Shown here: one piece after another, positions 31,801-46,049 of the stretch | Layout: every line of letters begins with the position of its first letter | Position numbering within the stretch: the first letter of the stretch is position 1 | Assembly (NCBI GenBank): GCA_964035545.1 | Contig: OZ037769.1 | Span: forward strand, 10,570,633-10,634,632 | Origin: Bugula neritina | Taxonomy: Eukaryota; Animalia; Bryozoa | Direction of reading: 5' to 3' | DNA length: 64,000 bases | Made by a program: the position numbers and the translations under genes | Notes under the pieces: generated by a model | The model's database searches: none | What the model was told of the DNA's origin: nothing | The model's input: only the letters and a program-made list of their open reading frames with translations

Positions 31801-33216
31801 CTGTAATCTATTAGCAAACCATTAGATTAACGCAAGCTGTTGGCTCTGATATAAACAAGTGAAAAATACTGTATTAACCTCACTAATCTCTACAGCTTGG
31901 TTATCAACTCCAGCCTCAGGACCTGCTTGTGAATGCTTCAGTCCTTTTGGCTTATCTGGATAATCTTTTTCTTCATATAAAAATTCGAAAGATCAAACAA
32001 AGAAGTGGTGAAGAAATATTAAAAATTAATGTAATACAAGGTATTTAAACAACATTCTAACTGCAGGATCAGTAAAGAGGACCGAAGCTGCATGGTGACA
32101 ATGCATTTCAAACACATATAACTTATGATGAAATTATTTTGTCAGAAGAATCGCTGCTTATTATACACATTTCATACACTAAAACACTTTATGAATTTAT
32201 GAAGTTACCTGATTCAGTGTCAGAAGGTAATTCTACAAACAAAATTCCAGTAAGAATGTTGATCAAAGTAAAAGTGGACATAATTCCCATAGCATAGGAA
32301 TATCCAAATCTACTCAACAAATAATGTGACATTAGTGGCCACAGCACTATTCCAAGGTAATATCCCAGCATTGCTAAGGAGAAAGCAATATATTTGAATC
32401 GCTCAAAGTGAAATGTCAGTATGACTGAACTTGCATTGTAACAGAAGGACACCCCAAGTCCTACAAAAAAGGTCAATTACAGAATAAATGTATTTTGTGG
32501 TAATGGGTATAACAGTTTTCTGCATTGCAAAGATGATAAACAATATATCCAACGACAAAATATTTTAATAAAATATTTTCACAGATAATTTAATATTTAA
32601 AAATGCTTCTATCTTGCAAACTATGCTAAAGCATTCTGCACAAACAGATGAAAAATTAAGAAAAGCGTATTATTATACTAAACAAACTATATTAACTATT
32701 CCGTTTATATATACCTGCAAGAACACTGTACAGAATGACAGCATGCCATAACTGTCTAGACAGTACAGATAGAGCAACGCTAAGTAGAATGAAGGTTCCT
32801 CCAGTTATCTGGGTAACTCTGCAGCCAAACTTTTTTATCGTGACAGAAGCCAAAGGTCCTAAACATTAACATCTAAGTAAACAGAATTACAGCTAAAAAT
32901 TTTAGAACAAATATCTAATAAAAATATGCTTATTTAAAAAGAAAATTTTTAGAAAGGTAACACAATATATTTGATGCAGTTTTTCAGAAGGCTGTTTACC
33001 AAACATCAGAAGTATCCCAACGTGTATGGCTCCAGTCAGACTTCCTTTCTGAAGGTCAATGTTGAAGAACTGCTGATGAGCTATAGTCAAGTTACCAGCA
33101 ATGCCGTAGCTAAATCCCAGATGTGTGAAATGTGACAGAAATGATGCAACACCTATAACCCATGCATAGCCTTTGTCTTTTTTAAGTTTGAGCTTGTTAT
33201 TGCAAAGTCCGGGCAT
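25533..33216 (-). CDS. SLC16/monocarboxylate-transporter-like MFS protein, paralogue 1; 9 exons
   Basis: Exons 33216-33000, 32858-32715, 32460-32209, 31970-31879, 31448-31341, 30850-30718, 30082-29949, 26179-26011, 25663-25533. SLC16-type KDKGYAWV N-terminal motif, KKFGCR loop, GLGVSFCY...HFERFK, 12 predicted TM segments with a charged central loop. Confidence 0.88.
26343..26521 (+). ncRNA. HDV-like self-cleaving ribozyme at the RTE 5' end
   Basis: P1 GGTGGTG (26343-49 or 26346-52)/CACCACT (26475-81, G1-U wobble); P2 CTTCATACTA (26452-61)/TAGTATGAGG (26512-21); P3 ACC/GGT; L3 TCCAAGC; P1.1 CC/GG (26482-83); P4 CTGGGTGT/ACACCCAG; J4/2 GCTAA with catalytic C at 26508. Confidence 0.9.
26738..29826 (+). 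pseudogene. RTE ORF: AP endonuclease + reverse transcriptase, one 1-bp deletion at ~28126-28128
   Basis: APE motifs ASWNIRT, ALSE, VYAPT, MGDFNARVG, IDFV, TDH; RT motifs NYRGISLLS, QCGFR, FIDFTKAFD, GVKQGCVLAPTLF, MFADD, FKYLGS. Adding one A restores LAKWTEHFSKLLN and joins the 472-aa and 534-aa ORFs. Confidence 0.92.
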
Positions 33217-33913
33217 ATTGGCTTTTCTAAAAAGATTTTCAGACCGATAAAGTTAGACACTTGAAAGGTTATACTATTCCATTAGAGAATTTGATACAAT
33301 ACTTGACACTTAATATTAAAATAGCTCTCTGGTATCAAGCTAAATAAACTTTTAAAACGTTAGACAACTTTTCCAATGTCAACGATGCTCACTTAATTAT
33401 TAACTTTCATGGCGGCTCAACACCGCACGGTCCACAATAACATAATAATTATGTTGCAACCTGTATCTTTTAATAATAACACTGATCAGTTTAGTTTATA
33501 CAAAGTAATGTAGTTAACTTTTAGCTCCAGATAACTCTCAAGCTATTTTTATAATCTCCTATAAGTAGAGTTACTGTAACACCATTAATTATAACAGCCT
33601 TAAGATTTTCAAAGAACATGGGTCATTAAATTTAAGTTTAAGCTGCACATCTTATGCTAGTTGGTGACTATAAAGTAACTAATAGTTATGACATTATTTC
33701 ACTGTAGCAGTTGATTACTACGGTTATACTGAACGTTCATTTTGCCACTTGTTAGATTTATACATTATCCAAAGTTTCCTGAAAATAAAATTTTAACAAT
33801 AAAATACTACAAATCCTATTGTATGTTGAAAGTTGAAACTGAGCTGCTTTAGTTTGCCAACAGCAAAATAATATCTTACTTATAGGTTACAAAATAAAGT
33901 AACTTCAACGGAT

Positions 33914-34320
<407 letters not shown>

Positions 34321-35949
34321 CATCATCATTAGCGAAGTATACCTTGATTTTAACAGCTCACTCATTACCGTCAACGTTTAAAGCTTCTTACTTTGGTTAT
34401 ATAACATTTCTGTGTACTGCAAGCATAAATGATGCATTGAAAGTTAGCAACAACTAGTAGTAGCGCTTTACTCCGACCATCACTCAGACAGATAACAGGT
34501 ACATGTAGCCATAAGCCACTGAGTTAAAAACCATTCGTTAAACTTAGTAATAATAGTGCTATTATTAATATAACAAAGGTAATCTATGATGATATAGCAT
34601 AGGTAATATTGAAGGATAAAATATTACAGACAGACAAACTTGCGAGAGCAACTTACATTCTATTTCTCTTTTGTTGTTTTCACTGATGCTTGCAAATTGC
34701 GTGCAAGTACCCATCTGATAGTTATGAAGAATTTCCTAATAGAATAGAATGCTTAACCCTTACTCGACCACCCTTAAACTTACGTAATCTTATGGCCCTT
34801 TGAGTTTTACTGCGTTTCCATGACTGCGCAGTATGCAAATGAATGCGTGGTGTCCATACGGATTAATTAGGGTCTGCATTGACTTATAGTTGCAGTTTCA
34901 TTCACTAGAACTATATGCTTTTTTTATTAACTAAGTGAAAAAATCCATCGGCATAATGCAAAAATGGAAACGTAGTGATTATCGTGAAACTTGCTGTAAA
35001 CTTTGGGCATTAATTTTAATTTAATTATTCAAAGTTACAATGAACTTTGGCCTCAAATAAACCAGTTGAAATTATTTTAAGAATGTTTGCTGTTATAAAC
35101 GTTTTATTTAAGGGACGGGAGACCGCAATTTCAACTAAAATCAGCCATTTTATCTGGGCCTCTCAAAACTGCTATACTTGGTATTTATACTATATTGGAT
35201 ACAAGAAATCACTCATTTAGAAAATTTGTTTCTTATGGTAAATTATGCTCATCAGGTTGCCATGGTCCAGTGATTTATTTAAAATTTAAGGCTGCATGTT
35301 TGTGTAACACTACACACGTTTCTTATTTAGTCTGTTAAGTGCAAAAATTTACGTTGGTGCATGCATGTACCATGGGAAGTTCTTTATCATCATACGCAAT
35401 GCTTATAACTTTTATTCATGTCACTTGCTTTATACTTATAAGTAAGTTTTCTCTACACGCTGACAGTGTTGAGATGTCCAATTGTAACAAACAAGTTCTA
35501 GTCCTATCTTGAGTTTATTTAAAATGGAGCAGATAAAAATCAATAAATGCATACATTATCAAGTTTCAATATTCATCAAAAGATATAAGTTTTTTATAAG
35601 CAAAGTCACTTTAAACTTTATTTAAGTTGTTTATTTTTATCCTCATTCTATAAAGAATCCATCTTCTTCGGAAATAAGATATGATATGCTCTCTTTGATT
35701 CATTAAAGCAATCTGCTGTACAATATTCCATGAGGTCAACATACAGAAATACTTGTAGGTATACCAGCATTCAATAAATAACTATCAAGCTGATGATTAT
35801 TAATGAGCACTCTGCATGCAGCAGTAGAAGCAAGGTAATACTTGACTAAGCTACTCCTATACATTCAAGTATGTATGTAATATTTCATTATCTATACCTA
35901 TGTTATATCACAAGGCATTATTAACACGTTATCTACCTACACAGGATAA

Positions 35950-36480
35950 CTATTCTATTTTACTACATACAGTATACTACATGCTATTTGACTAGAACAT
36001 ACTCATGCTATTTTGCAATATGATACTTTCTATTCCACTGTAATACACTTATGCCCATTTACTATAGCATACTATGCTATTTCACTATACAGTATACTTA
36101 GGCTATTTCACTACGGTATACTATATTTATGCTACTTCGCTATAGGATGCTATTGCTATTTTCACTATAGCGGACAGTATTATATATGCTATCTCACTAT
36201 ATAGTATACTTATGCTATTTTACTATTGCACACTTATATGCTACTTTACTATTGGACACTTACACTATTTTACTATAGAATGCTTATAATATATGCTATT
36301 TGACTATAAGACACTATAATATTATTTGACTAAATGATAACTATGCTATTTTTATTGCATGGGCGCTGTTGCTATTCAACTTTTTAACACTCATCATGCT
36401 ATTTCACTTCTTTACAGTTATGCTATTTCATTATAGCATATAGCTATGCTATAGGATACTATTGCTATTTCACCAAATGA
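35950..36480. repeat. Degenerate ~27-bp minisatellite (atgctatttcactata core)
   Basis: Recurring tatgctattt(c/t)actata motif. Boundaries approximate. Confidence 0.65.
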
Positions 36481-37225
36481 TGCTCATATACATTATAAAT
36501 TATAATAGTGGACAGCATTTGACTACATTTGATGAATGACTTTGGCTCATGCAGTTGTTTATATTAAAGCTACATAATAACCATCTGTAGGCAGTTGATA
36601 TAATAAACAGTGATATTTGATATCATAGTATAAATGTGTTTTTTAGGCCTTTAATGTTTTGCTTGGTAAATAAACCAGCATTCTGCAGCAGTTTAATTGG
36701 ACACAGCTAAACCAAGGCAACTGTCATTTGAATTGACTGCAATGACAAGTGTAATGCAACTGTGACAAGTGTAATTCAACTGTGAAGTAGTTAAGCTAAT
36801 TGAATACAGTTGTGAAAAATGTAAAATAATAAACAAATTACACATATATATTAAACAAGTGCTGGGGATTTGACTACAGTTAACTTGGATTCAAATTGAT
36901 TGATTAGAATTCTAGTTGCCTACACCCATGCAGTACTAATTTAATAAAAAATAAGTAACTTATATGTTTATAGTTGTGTCTATACAGTGTCAAGATTATG
37001 TGCCAATGCAAGTCAAGATCAACATACACCTGCTGAGCGAAAATGTCTGATATACATTGATTGTAGCGTTAAAGATAGCTAATACTGATTGTTGTGAACT
37101 TTCAATATGCAAATCATTGTTCTTACATTACATATAATACAATTAGAAGCCGTAAACTCACGCAAGTTTATAGTTATAGCTATTCCTGAGTGAAACACCT
37201 GATGAAAACACTTTTCAACTTTTTT

Positions 37226-37291
37226 CGGGCTCGAACCCATGACTTCATTTTTACTAAGCAAGCGCCCAAACCCCCGAAACCACGGCTACTC
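37226..37291 (-). mobile_element. tRNA-derived SINE head
   Basis: The minus strand reads gagtagccgtggtttcggggg...gtcatgggttcgagcccg, similar to the heads at 20931 and 39962. Confidence 0.65.
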
Positions 37292-38073
37292 TATGATTAG
37301 TAGCTGTAAATATTGGCTGAAATAAGTGTTGCTGCCACAAAATTGCTCTGCTTATGATATTTTAGGAGTCAAAATTGATGCTTTCGAAACCTAATAAAAT
37401 ATATTTCATTTTTAGCAAATTGAAATAGTTTAATTTTACCATTATGCAATAATATGTGTGGATTTTTAATATGACTAGTATAATACATATAACTCTAATG
37501 CAAGTGGCAAATTATTTGTTCCATATATAATAGCAATATTATCAATGTGTATGTTGACCTAATATCAGAGCTATATTAGTTACTATAATAATAGCCACTA
37601 TAACTGGCTTAAAGTGTGCAGCATGAAATTAAAATTAATTAGTGATTTATGTCCCATAATATCTTTGAGGCCGTTATAATTATTGTTGCTATGACAACAA
37701 TTTATTATATTATTGGTTATTAGATAGTTTGGCAGTCAAGTGTGACAGTCTAAAGCAATTTAAAACTAAAAGCTACTGATTTACTTTGCATCTAGTTTAA
37801 ACTGTTCAGTCTTGATATTCAAACGGACTACTATTTCATTGCGCAACTCAGTCTTGAGCCATGGTGGAAATTATTAGTCAATTGATACAATTGCCATTAA
37901 CGAAAGTTACTTTACAATTTTTAAAAGTTGATTTTGCTTGATGTTGTATACGAAACTACCTAATGCGACATATTCATTATTGAAAATATACTCCCAAAGT
38001 TGCTAATTCAACCTCAAATTATTTCAACTTTATAACTGTATACGAGTTCAAATATAGTTTTAGAACAGTCAAC

Positions 38074-41000
38074 ATGCCTCGGTTCTGCACTAAATCCAAC
38101 TTTGAGAAAGACAAAGGCTATGCATGGGTCATAAGTGTGGCATCGTTTTTGTCACATTTCACTCATATTGGATTGAGTTACGGCATTGCTGGTAACTTGA
38201 CTATAGCTCATCAGCAGTTCTTCAACATCAACCTTCAGAAAGGAAGTCTGACTGGATCCATACACGTTGGGATACTTCTGATGTTTGGTAGACAGCCTTC
38301 TGAAAAACTGCATCAAATATATTGTGTTACCTTTCTGAAAATTTTCTTTTTGAATAAGCATATTTTTATTAGATATTTGTTCTAAAATTTTTAGCTGTAA
38401 TTCTGTTTACTTAGATGTTAATGTTTAGGTCCTTTGGCTTCTGTCATGATAAAGAAGTTTGGCTGCAGAGTTACCCAGTAAACTGGAGGAACATGCATTC
38501 TACTTGGAGTTGCTTTATCAATACTGTCTAGACAGTTATGGCATGCTGTCGTTCTGTACAGTGTTCTTGCAGGTATAGACACAGTGTTTAATAATCTTGG
38601 CATAATAATACTTTTGCTATCAGTTTTCATTTTTTTGTGCAGAGCGCATTAGCATATATTTTAAATGTTTTGTTATACAAAAGACATTATTTCTTCAGAT
38701 TTGAAATATTTGTAAAAATACTTTATAGAACCATTTTTCATGTGGTGACCTAAAGTGTCATGTTGACAATGCATGCATAAAACTTTTACTCAACTGTTTT
38801 TCCTTTTTTAACTTGGCCTGCGAATGTTGGATAATGAGGGATTTTAGACTTCATATAGAAATTTATAAAAACAAACTGCATATAATAATTTTGTTCTGTT
38901 TCGTAAGCACTCATTTTGTTTTAAAAGAAAATACATAATTTAAACATATTTTGTATTTGACGAGTTGTCTCTTGCAGGACTTGGGGTGTCTTTCTGTTTC
39001 AATGCAAGTTCAGTCATCCTCACATTTCACTTTGAGCGCTTCAAATATATTGCTTTCTCCTTGGCAACGCTAGGAACCTATCTTGGAATAGTGCTATGGC
39101 CACTAATATCACAGTATTTGTTGAGTAGATTTGGATATTCCTATGCTATGGGAATTATGTCCACTTTTACTTTGATCAACATTCTTACTGGAATTTTGTA
39201 TGTAGAACCATCTTCTGACACTGAATCAGGTAACTAAAATATAAATTCACAAAGTGTTTTAATGTACAAAAGGTGTATAATTTAAGCGGCTATACTTTTG
39301 ACAAAATTGCATTTTTTTTTCAAGTACATTTTAAATGCATTATCTTTTTTTACCATTCTTAGTTGCTTGAAGTTAAAAATTTCTTTGAAATATACTGTTT
39401 AATTAGTTCATGTTATATAAGATTTTTGTACTATAACTTCGTTGCTTCTTTTGCATTTTTACGTAAAGAAAATGAACAGCATTCAGATAAAGAGAAAGAG
39501 TTAGAGCTTTCACAAGCAAGTTCTGAAACTGGAGTTGCCAACAGAGCTGTAGAGATCAGTGAGGTGAATAAAATATTTTATATGAGGGGCTGGTGTTGCT
39601 TGCTATTTCTAAATTCTTAATATAACAAATCCTGTTAACCCAGTAATATTATGCTACTAGATTTCAGTAAAATCTAGCCAGAGTTTACAACAAGTTTGTG
39701 TACTGCATCTTAAAACTTAAAGAAAATTGTTATATTATATTCCTAGTCATATAAAAAACTTACGCAAGTTATAGTCGCTATCCCTGTGAGAAGCCCCTGG
39801 TGGAAGAGGTTTTGTTAAAGCGGCTAAGGACTTATTTAAATGTGGCACAGGAGCAATTATGACTGAATGCTCTTCCTAACATCACCAATGGCCTTTGTCC
39901 GGGCTCGAAACCATGACCTCTCACTAGGCAAACGCTCTAACCCGTAGACCACAGGCTGCTCCTATATATATTCTTTGTTATATAACAGGCATATATATTT
40001 TCCTTTTTATTCAGGCAGTTTGAAGGTGACTATAATGAATTTAATTAGGTATCATAATTTTGTACTACTGAGAAATTTAATATTTTGCAGCGGTTTTTTT
40101 ATTTATATATAATTCTTTTTACACTATATATTTATATGTTTTTAGAGACCAAAAAAGGTATTATAACTGCTTGCTCTATTTATTCTGTTTTAAAAAATAG
40201 TTTTTTTCTAAACTAAGGATTTATGATGGAAAACATCTGTTTCTTTAAGGAAGAGTTGAAGGTAGAAGTTAAATTGGCTAAACCAGTTAAGGAAACTGAT
40301 GAAATACAAGAAACAAAACTAAGACAAGAGTTCATGGAACTATTGAAACTACCAAAGGTAAAGCTGTTCATGGCAGTTGTTATAAAGACACTATCGCTAT
40401 ACTATATATATAGTTATTAGTGAGAAGGTACGGTAATGGCTATAAGCAGCCTCTATAGGAAGTACATTTTGCAATTTGAACTTTTTCATAATAACATCAA
40501 ACTTTGCTATTTCATTAAAACCTGACTATTATTTAAACATAAGGATATTTTTCAGTTAAAGAATTTTTAGACTCTGCACTGCTTTTATGTAGCAAAAAAT
40601 GTTAAAACTTCTAAACCATTACATTTAACGATCTTGAATGTAGGCTAATTAATGTTATATAATGCTAAAAGTAGTAAGAAATTTACATGATTTCGATCAG
40701 CAATAATTGTTCTGGAACTTTTTTTAGGCATGAACAATCATAGTTAATAACAAAAAGTATGCAACATCAATGTTTCAATATGCTATGGGTTAGCTGTCAC
40801 ACACTGGCCAATTTATTGATACAGGTTTGGATGTTTTTGATAAGCGGAATGTTTTGGTGTACTACTGATGCGGGATTCTTTGTTCTAATCAATGACTACG
40901 TTGTTTACAATGTCGGCTTAACTGAATATGAGGCAGCATTTGGGATTACATTGTTAGGTGAGTTATTACTTATATTAGTCACCTTAGAAAATAGTTTATA

Positions 41001-42557
41001 TAAGTTTTCTAGGTTCTATGGCTTAATATACAGTAAACAAGCTTATGAAATGCATGTGTTTAACAGTTTTAAAATATAATTATTTCTACAAACCTGAATA
41101 AAAAAATTTGGAAAACTTAGAACAAAAGAAAAAAATGTCAGATACCATAATTAAAACAGCTAATATAAAATACACCTATAAATAACATATTTTTATTATG
41201 TTAGTTCTGCACTAACTGAAACTCTACTCAACATAAATACATCTAATTTAAATCTATAAGACAACTGAAAGTGTCATTCAGTAGCAAATATTTGAAAGCA
41301 AAAATTTTAGCTAGAAATATAAGTAGCATGAGCTATGTTGATTTTATTCACTGTTTCTTAAAACTCTCTATATTGCATAACCTGCTCGTTCAGAGTTCTA
41401 TGAATATTGAAATTCTTAAGCTGATTCATGCATGAATAAGCCAAATACTCAAAATATTTATTTGAAACTTAAACTTATGGTAGAAGCTCAAGTTATATTT
41501 ACGGAAAACGCACCTGACATAGCAAAAAGGAAAGAAATTCATTTGTTGTGAATATATAGCTGAAAAATGATCTATAAATCAAATGCTTTTTACAATAAAC
41601 AATCTTTGAAAATAATATATAGCTCACACTTGGATTTTTCTTATTTTTAGGAATTGGAAACATTGTTGTTTGTGTATGTCTGGTGGTCACAGGCTCACTC
41701 AAGTTCAACAGATTTATTCTCTATTTCTCTGTGATCGGACTAACCAGTATCCTAACTCTAATTACAGCTTTCACCAGCAACAAGGTATATGGATCAAAAC
41801 TCTTTATATCTATATCTGCGCAGCATTTACATAGTTTTGCGTGGTTTGCATAGCTTCTTCTTATTTTAAACTTACATATAATGGGAAAGATATACTATAA
41901 CAATACACATAAGCAATTATAGAATGGCTTGTGTATGTTATAATAACAGCCACAAAAACACATTAAACAAAAACGTAATTGAAGCATACCATGTGCAGGA
42001 AATGTCAAAACTAGTCCATACTGATTGTAAATTCAAATGTTATTATTGCTGGCAAATTTTTTTTAACAGACAATGTACTACATTCTAACAACACTATGGG
42101 GACTGACAAACGGTGTGGCTATAACGAGTCTGTTGGGGTTTGCTAGTGATTTATGTACATCTGAGCAGCTTCCTATGCTGTTTGGAATAGAGTGTTTCTT
42201 TGAAGGAATAGGGGGCATAGCACTTGTCCCCCTCAGTGGTGAGATTGTTTTCTATATTAGGCTAGACAATTTTATTCTCATTCTGGCATAAAAATAAATC
42301 AATGTATTTTTATTTAAGAAAGCCTTAGAAAGTCACATATTTTCTGAAATTTTATCAAGTCATAGAAATCGAAAAAGAATTTTATCCATCTTTCAGCCTA
42401 CATCTCCCAGACTGCTGGTGAAAAATTTGGAATTATCTTTATTGGCTGCTGTGGAGTTGTGGCTACTTTGGCAATTCTTCCAATTATAGTAAAAAGTGTG
42501 AAAGAAACATCAGGAGTTACAGATATAGTGCAGTTTATCCATAGGCAATGGATATAG
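38074..42557 (+). CDS. SLC16/monocarboxylate-transporter-like MFS protein, paralogue 2; 9 exons
   Basis: Exons 38074-38287, 38429-38572, 38978-39229, 39469-39563, 40250-40357, 40825-40957, 41651-41784, 42070-42238, 42397-42557. Same phases and near-identical exon sizes as paralogue 1. Confidence 0.88.
39781..39962 (-). mobile_element. tRNA-derived SINE copy in MCT paralogue 2 intron 4
   Basis: A box TGGTCTACGGG, B box GGTTTCGAGCCC; body shared with 20931-21060. Confidence 0.75.
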
Positions 42558-43263
42558 TTGTGCTCTTGGATTATAATAGTGATGTTAAAATTAAAAAACT
42601 TGTCTAATAATAGCGTTGCTTTTTGACAATACTTAGGTTTTCATCTATAATATATTTTCTTATTAAAGTTTAAGCAATTGCACTGCACCTATTATCATAA
42701 TATACTATAATTATTATAATCTGTTGCAATGTTCTTTCCTATGTCAATGAATATTGCATCTTTGAAAATTTTAGCTTTTTAGAATAAATAACAATTATTT
42801 AATTAAACCGAATCTTTCACTTGAATGGTTATAACAAAACAACAATAAGTTTTACAATGGGTAAATCAGTTGAAAATAGATGTATTAAATATTTATAGAC
42901 ACAGCTCTATGGAATGTAAAATATTCAAAAATCATCTGGAAAGTTTCACAGGAGATATGAACTTAATTCTTAAAAAGGAGTTTCTACGCTACCAATCAGC
43001 ATCATAATATTGTGACACCAAATACACACTTTATAACGTTTATCCAATATATAAAAGATTTTAAAAGCAACTAAGATAACAATAAACAAACTTTAGTTGC
43101 TTATTGTATATACATATGCTTACCCAGTAGAATAATTCAGTGACAATGGTCAATAAATATTTGTTTATTGTGAACCAAATAACAGGCACAATAATCTATA
43201 TTTCAAATAAATGCTATAAAAGCAAAAATGGTGAACCATTTAAATAAATATTTTTGCTTTTGT

Positions 43264-43308
<45 letters not shown>

Positions 43309-43311
<3 letters not shown>

Positions 43312-45091
43312 GGATGTAGTGGTACCCATACGGTCCCATACGCCGTATGGCCTAGAAGAAAATAGGCTGTTCTTGGCCATACGCCCGTATGGGCATATAT
43401 TTTTTGAAAGTGTTACTGATTAGTGCACAGGATAGTTAGGGCATCCTCACTGAGAACATCATAAATTTCGCTCACAATCTAGTTTAAGTTCTTGTTATGT
43501 TAATGCTATGTGGGTGGCATGCGTGTTGCCTACTTGTGATTGTTTAGCCTGAGATTACACTATGAATACTATGCAGCTATCAACATTCCATCTTCTCATC
43601 TCTACGTATTCACTGAAGCGCGAAGTGCTGCACATTAGTGATTACTAAGGAAAGAATATTTCATTTTCAGTGTATAAATCACTAATTTTTAGAAAATCTA
43701 TGAAGGCTATTGAAAAGATAAAAAAGTTTGCTATGCATAAATTTCTCAGGTTTTCGACAGTGTTTGTTTTATTCGAATACTATGCTTTCCTGCTGAGATA
43801 TTTGGCAGGGATTGAAAAATAAACTTTTCAGGTAAAATTGGCCAAAATAGTAGATTTTTGTCTATAACCTTGCAAAAAAAATATTGAAAATTCGAAAAAT
43901 CAGGTGCTCTGAGGAACAGGAAGATCTAAAACATAGTTTTTAAATTTTAATTCTAGCACAATTAAGTATGGTTTTATTTGGCGGGACTGAATTCTTATAA
44001 TATACCAATAATGTGGCCTCAGCAAGGCAGTGTCAGCTAGAAAGTTGCCATTATTTATCTTGTGTGGACTTGCATTTTGTCAATAAGCAATGAAATTTGG
44101 AAAAAAACCAACATGAAATCCAGAAATAAAATCAAAATGTCTTCAGGAAACAGTACCAGGTGTGTAGGAGAGGTTAATGAAAATTTATCACTGAGGTCTA
44201 CAGGTACTATATCCACATTTTGGTTGCGTTATTCCACGTTAATTATCAATGCAATGAGGTTTTGCAAACTGTACACCACCATAAGTAACCTTTTATGTTT
44301 GATTGTACTAACGTCTGGCTTTACATTTAATCATCTTCTAGGTTAACACATATTGAACCTGTCAAATTTGTTCATTTGGGTATATTTCCTTGATGTGTCT
44401 AGGGAAAGTTCAGGGGTTTTACTTTAAAACCAAGTTAACATACTCTTCTTTGGTGTGCTTTATTGTGTGCAAGGAGGTGCCGTGGTATCTCCTTATGGAT
44501 TAGACTAGTATACTCTAATAAACTCCAACTAGGTTTTCAACCAATTTCTGCTTGCCAATGAGTTATCAATTCAAATTGCTCTTTATAAATAACCAACACA
44601 CATTTTCTGATTTGCAATCTTCCTCTGTTCTGTTCTATAATTCTTTTTCTGCGCACGTCAGTGTATTAGATATTTGAAGTAATCAGGTTACATTTGGAGA
44701 GCACTTGTTACCTGTCTCTATCCTTCCATCTTTTTGAGATCTTCAGCAATTTTTCTGTACAGGTTGGACTTAGTGTCAGTTGAGTAAGACTACATTTAAA
44801 ATTACAGTCAACAGGTATGGGACAATACTGAATATTTATATAGTTTGCAGCAATGCCCAGTCATCATTTAGCTGGTATGGTATGAAAATAATAGTGAGGT
44901 GCACATTTCAACACAGATTTTTTTCAGAAGAATTAGAATTCACAATGGCTTTAAATTGCATAAATTTGCATCAGAAGCGCTCTGAGGGCTTCGGCGGCCG
45001 GGGCGCTGCCCCGGACCCCGCCGGGGGCCTGGGCGGCCCCCTGGACCCCCGGCCTGAGAGTATGGCCTAGAATATTTTTGCCACTACATCC

Positions 45092-45094
<3 letters not shown>
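43309..45094. mobile_element. Non-autonomous DNA transposon (hAT-like), 1786 bp, inserted in (TA)n
   Basis: Perfect 14-bp TIRs CAGGGATGTAGTGG / CCACTACATCCCTG, subterminal gtatggcctagaa at both ends, (TA)n on both sides, no intact transposase. Confidence 0.85.
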
Positions 45095-45126
<32 letters not shown>

Positions 45127-45142
45127 AATCTGTGGACAGCAG

Positions 45143-45301
45143 CTTTTGCTAACTGCTTAGAAAAATTATTTAGATTCAGCTGTAATTGACATGTGGGGCA
45201 TCAACTTTTGAGTTACTAATTCAGGAAAACAACTTTATATTTTTTGAAAACAATTGCATGATTAAAGATGATGGTGTTGTGAGAATTATCATGGTTGGTG
45301 A

Positions 45302-45337
<36 letters not shown>

Positions 45338-45496
45338 TCACCAACCATGATAATTCTCACAACACCATCATCTTTAATCATGCAATTGTTTTCAAAAAAT
45401 ATAAAGTTGTTTTCCTGAATTAGTAACTCAAAAGTTGATGCCCCACATGTCAATTACAGCTGAATCTAAATAATTTTTCTAAGCAGTTAGCAAAAG
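45143..45496. repeat. Perfect 354-bp palindrome centred on (AT)16
   Basis: 45143-45303 is the reverse complement of 45336-45496, and the spacer is self-complementary (AT)n. Confidence 0.93.
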
Positions 45497-46049
45497 TTGA
45501 AATATGAGAAGAAATTAATCAGCTAGAATATGATATACAGTATTTAGTATGTGACATGGCTGGTTTTACTGCAACTGGTTCACCTGCTGAACTAATTTTA
45601 AATGCAATATTTTGTTAATAACATGATAATATATACAACATAAGGTGCATTACATTCACATAAACTATGCGATTATAGCTCAATTTTTAGTTTGAAGAGA
45701 ATGTACAGCATGTAAAATGCAAAGTTGCTTGCAAACGTAAGTAAGTAAAAGGTGTATGACATTTAGGTTGTTATCAACAAAAATGAACATTTATATTATT
45801 GCATGGTGTCTTCCTGCCATCAAATTGTTCAAATTCAAATGTAAACAGTATTGCATCAAAGGAAGTAACACTTTAAAACCTTTCCGGAAAAATAATTGTA
45901 AAGTTGCAAAACAATGCAGCTAACTTAGAAAAGCAGATTTTCAAAAAAGGGTAATTCAGATAGTAAACAGAGCATTGTCCAGAGTTGTGAAAATTTGGCA
46001 AGCTGTGTAAAAAAATTATATTAGGTAATATGAAACAGGAGGAGACAAC

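Noticed and set aside
34753-35300. TTAA-CCCTT piggyBac-like end
   Set aside because: No matching second TIR found.
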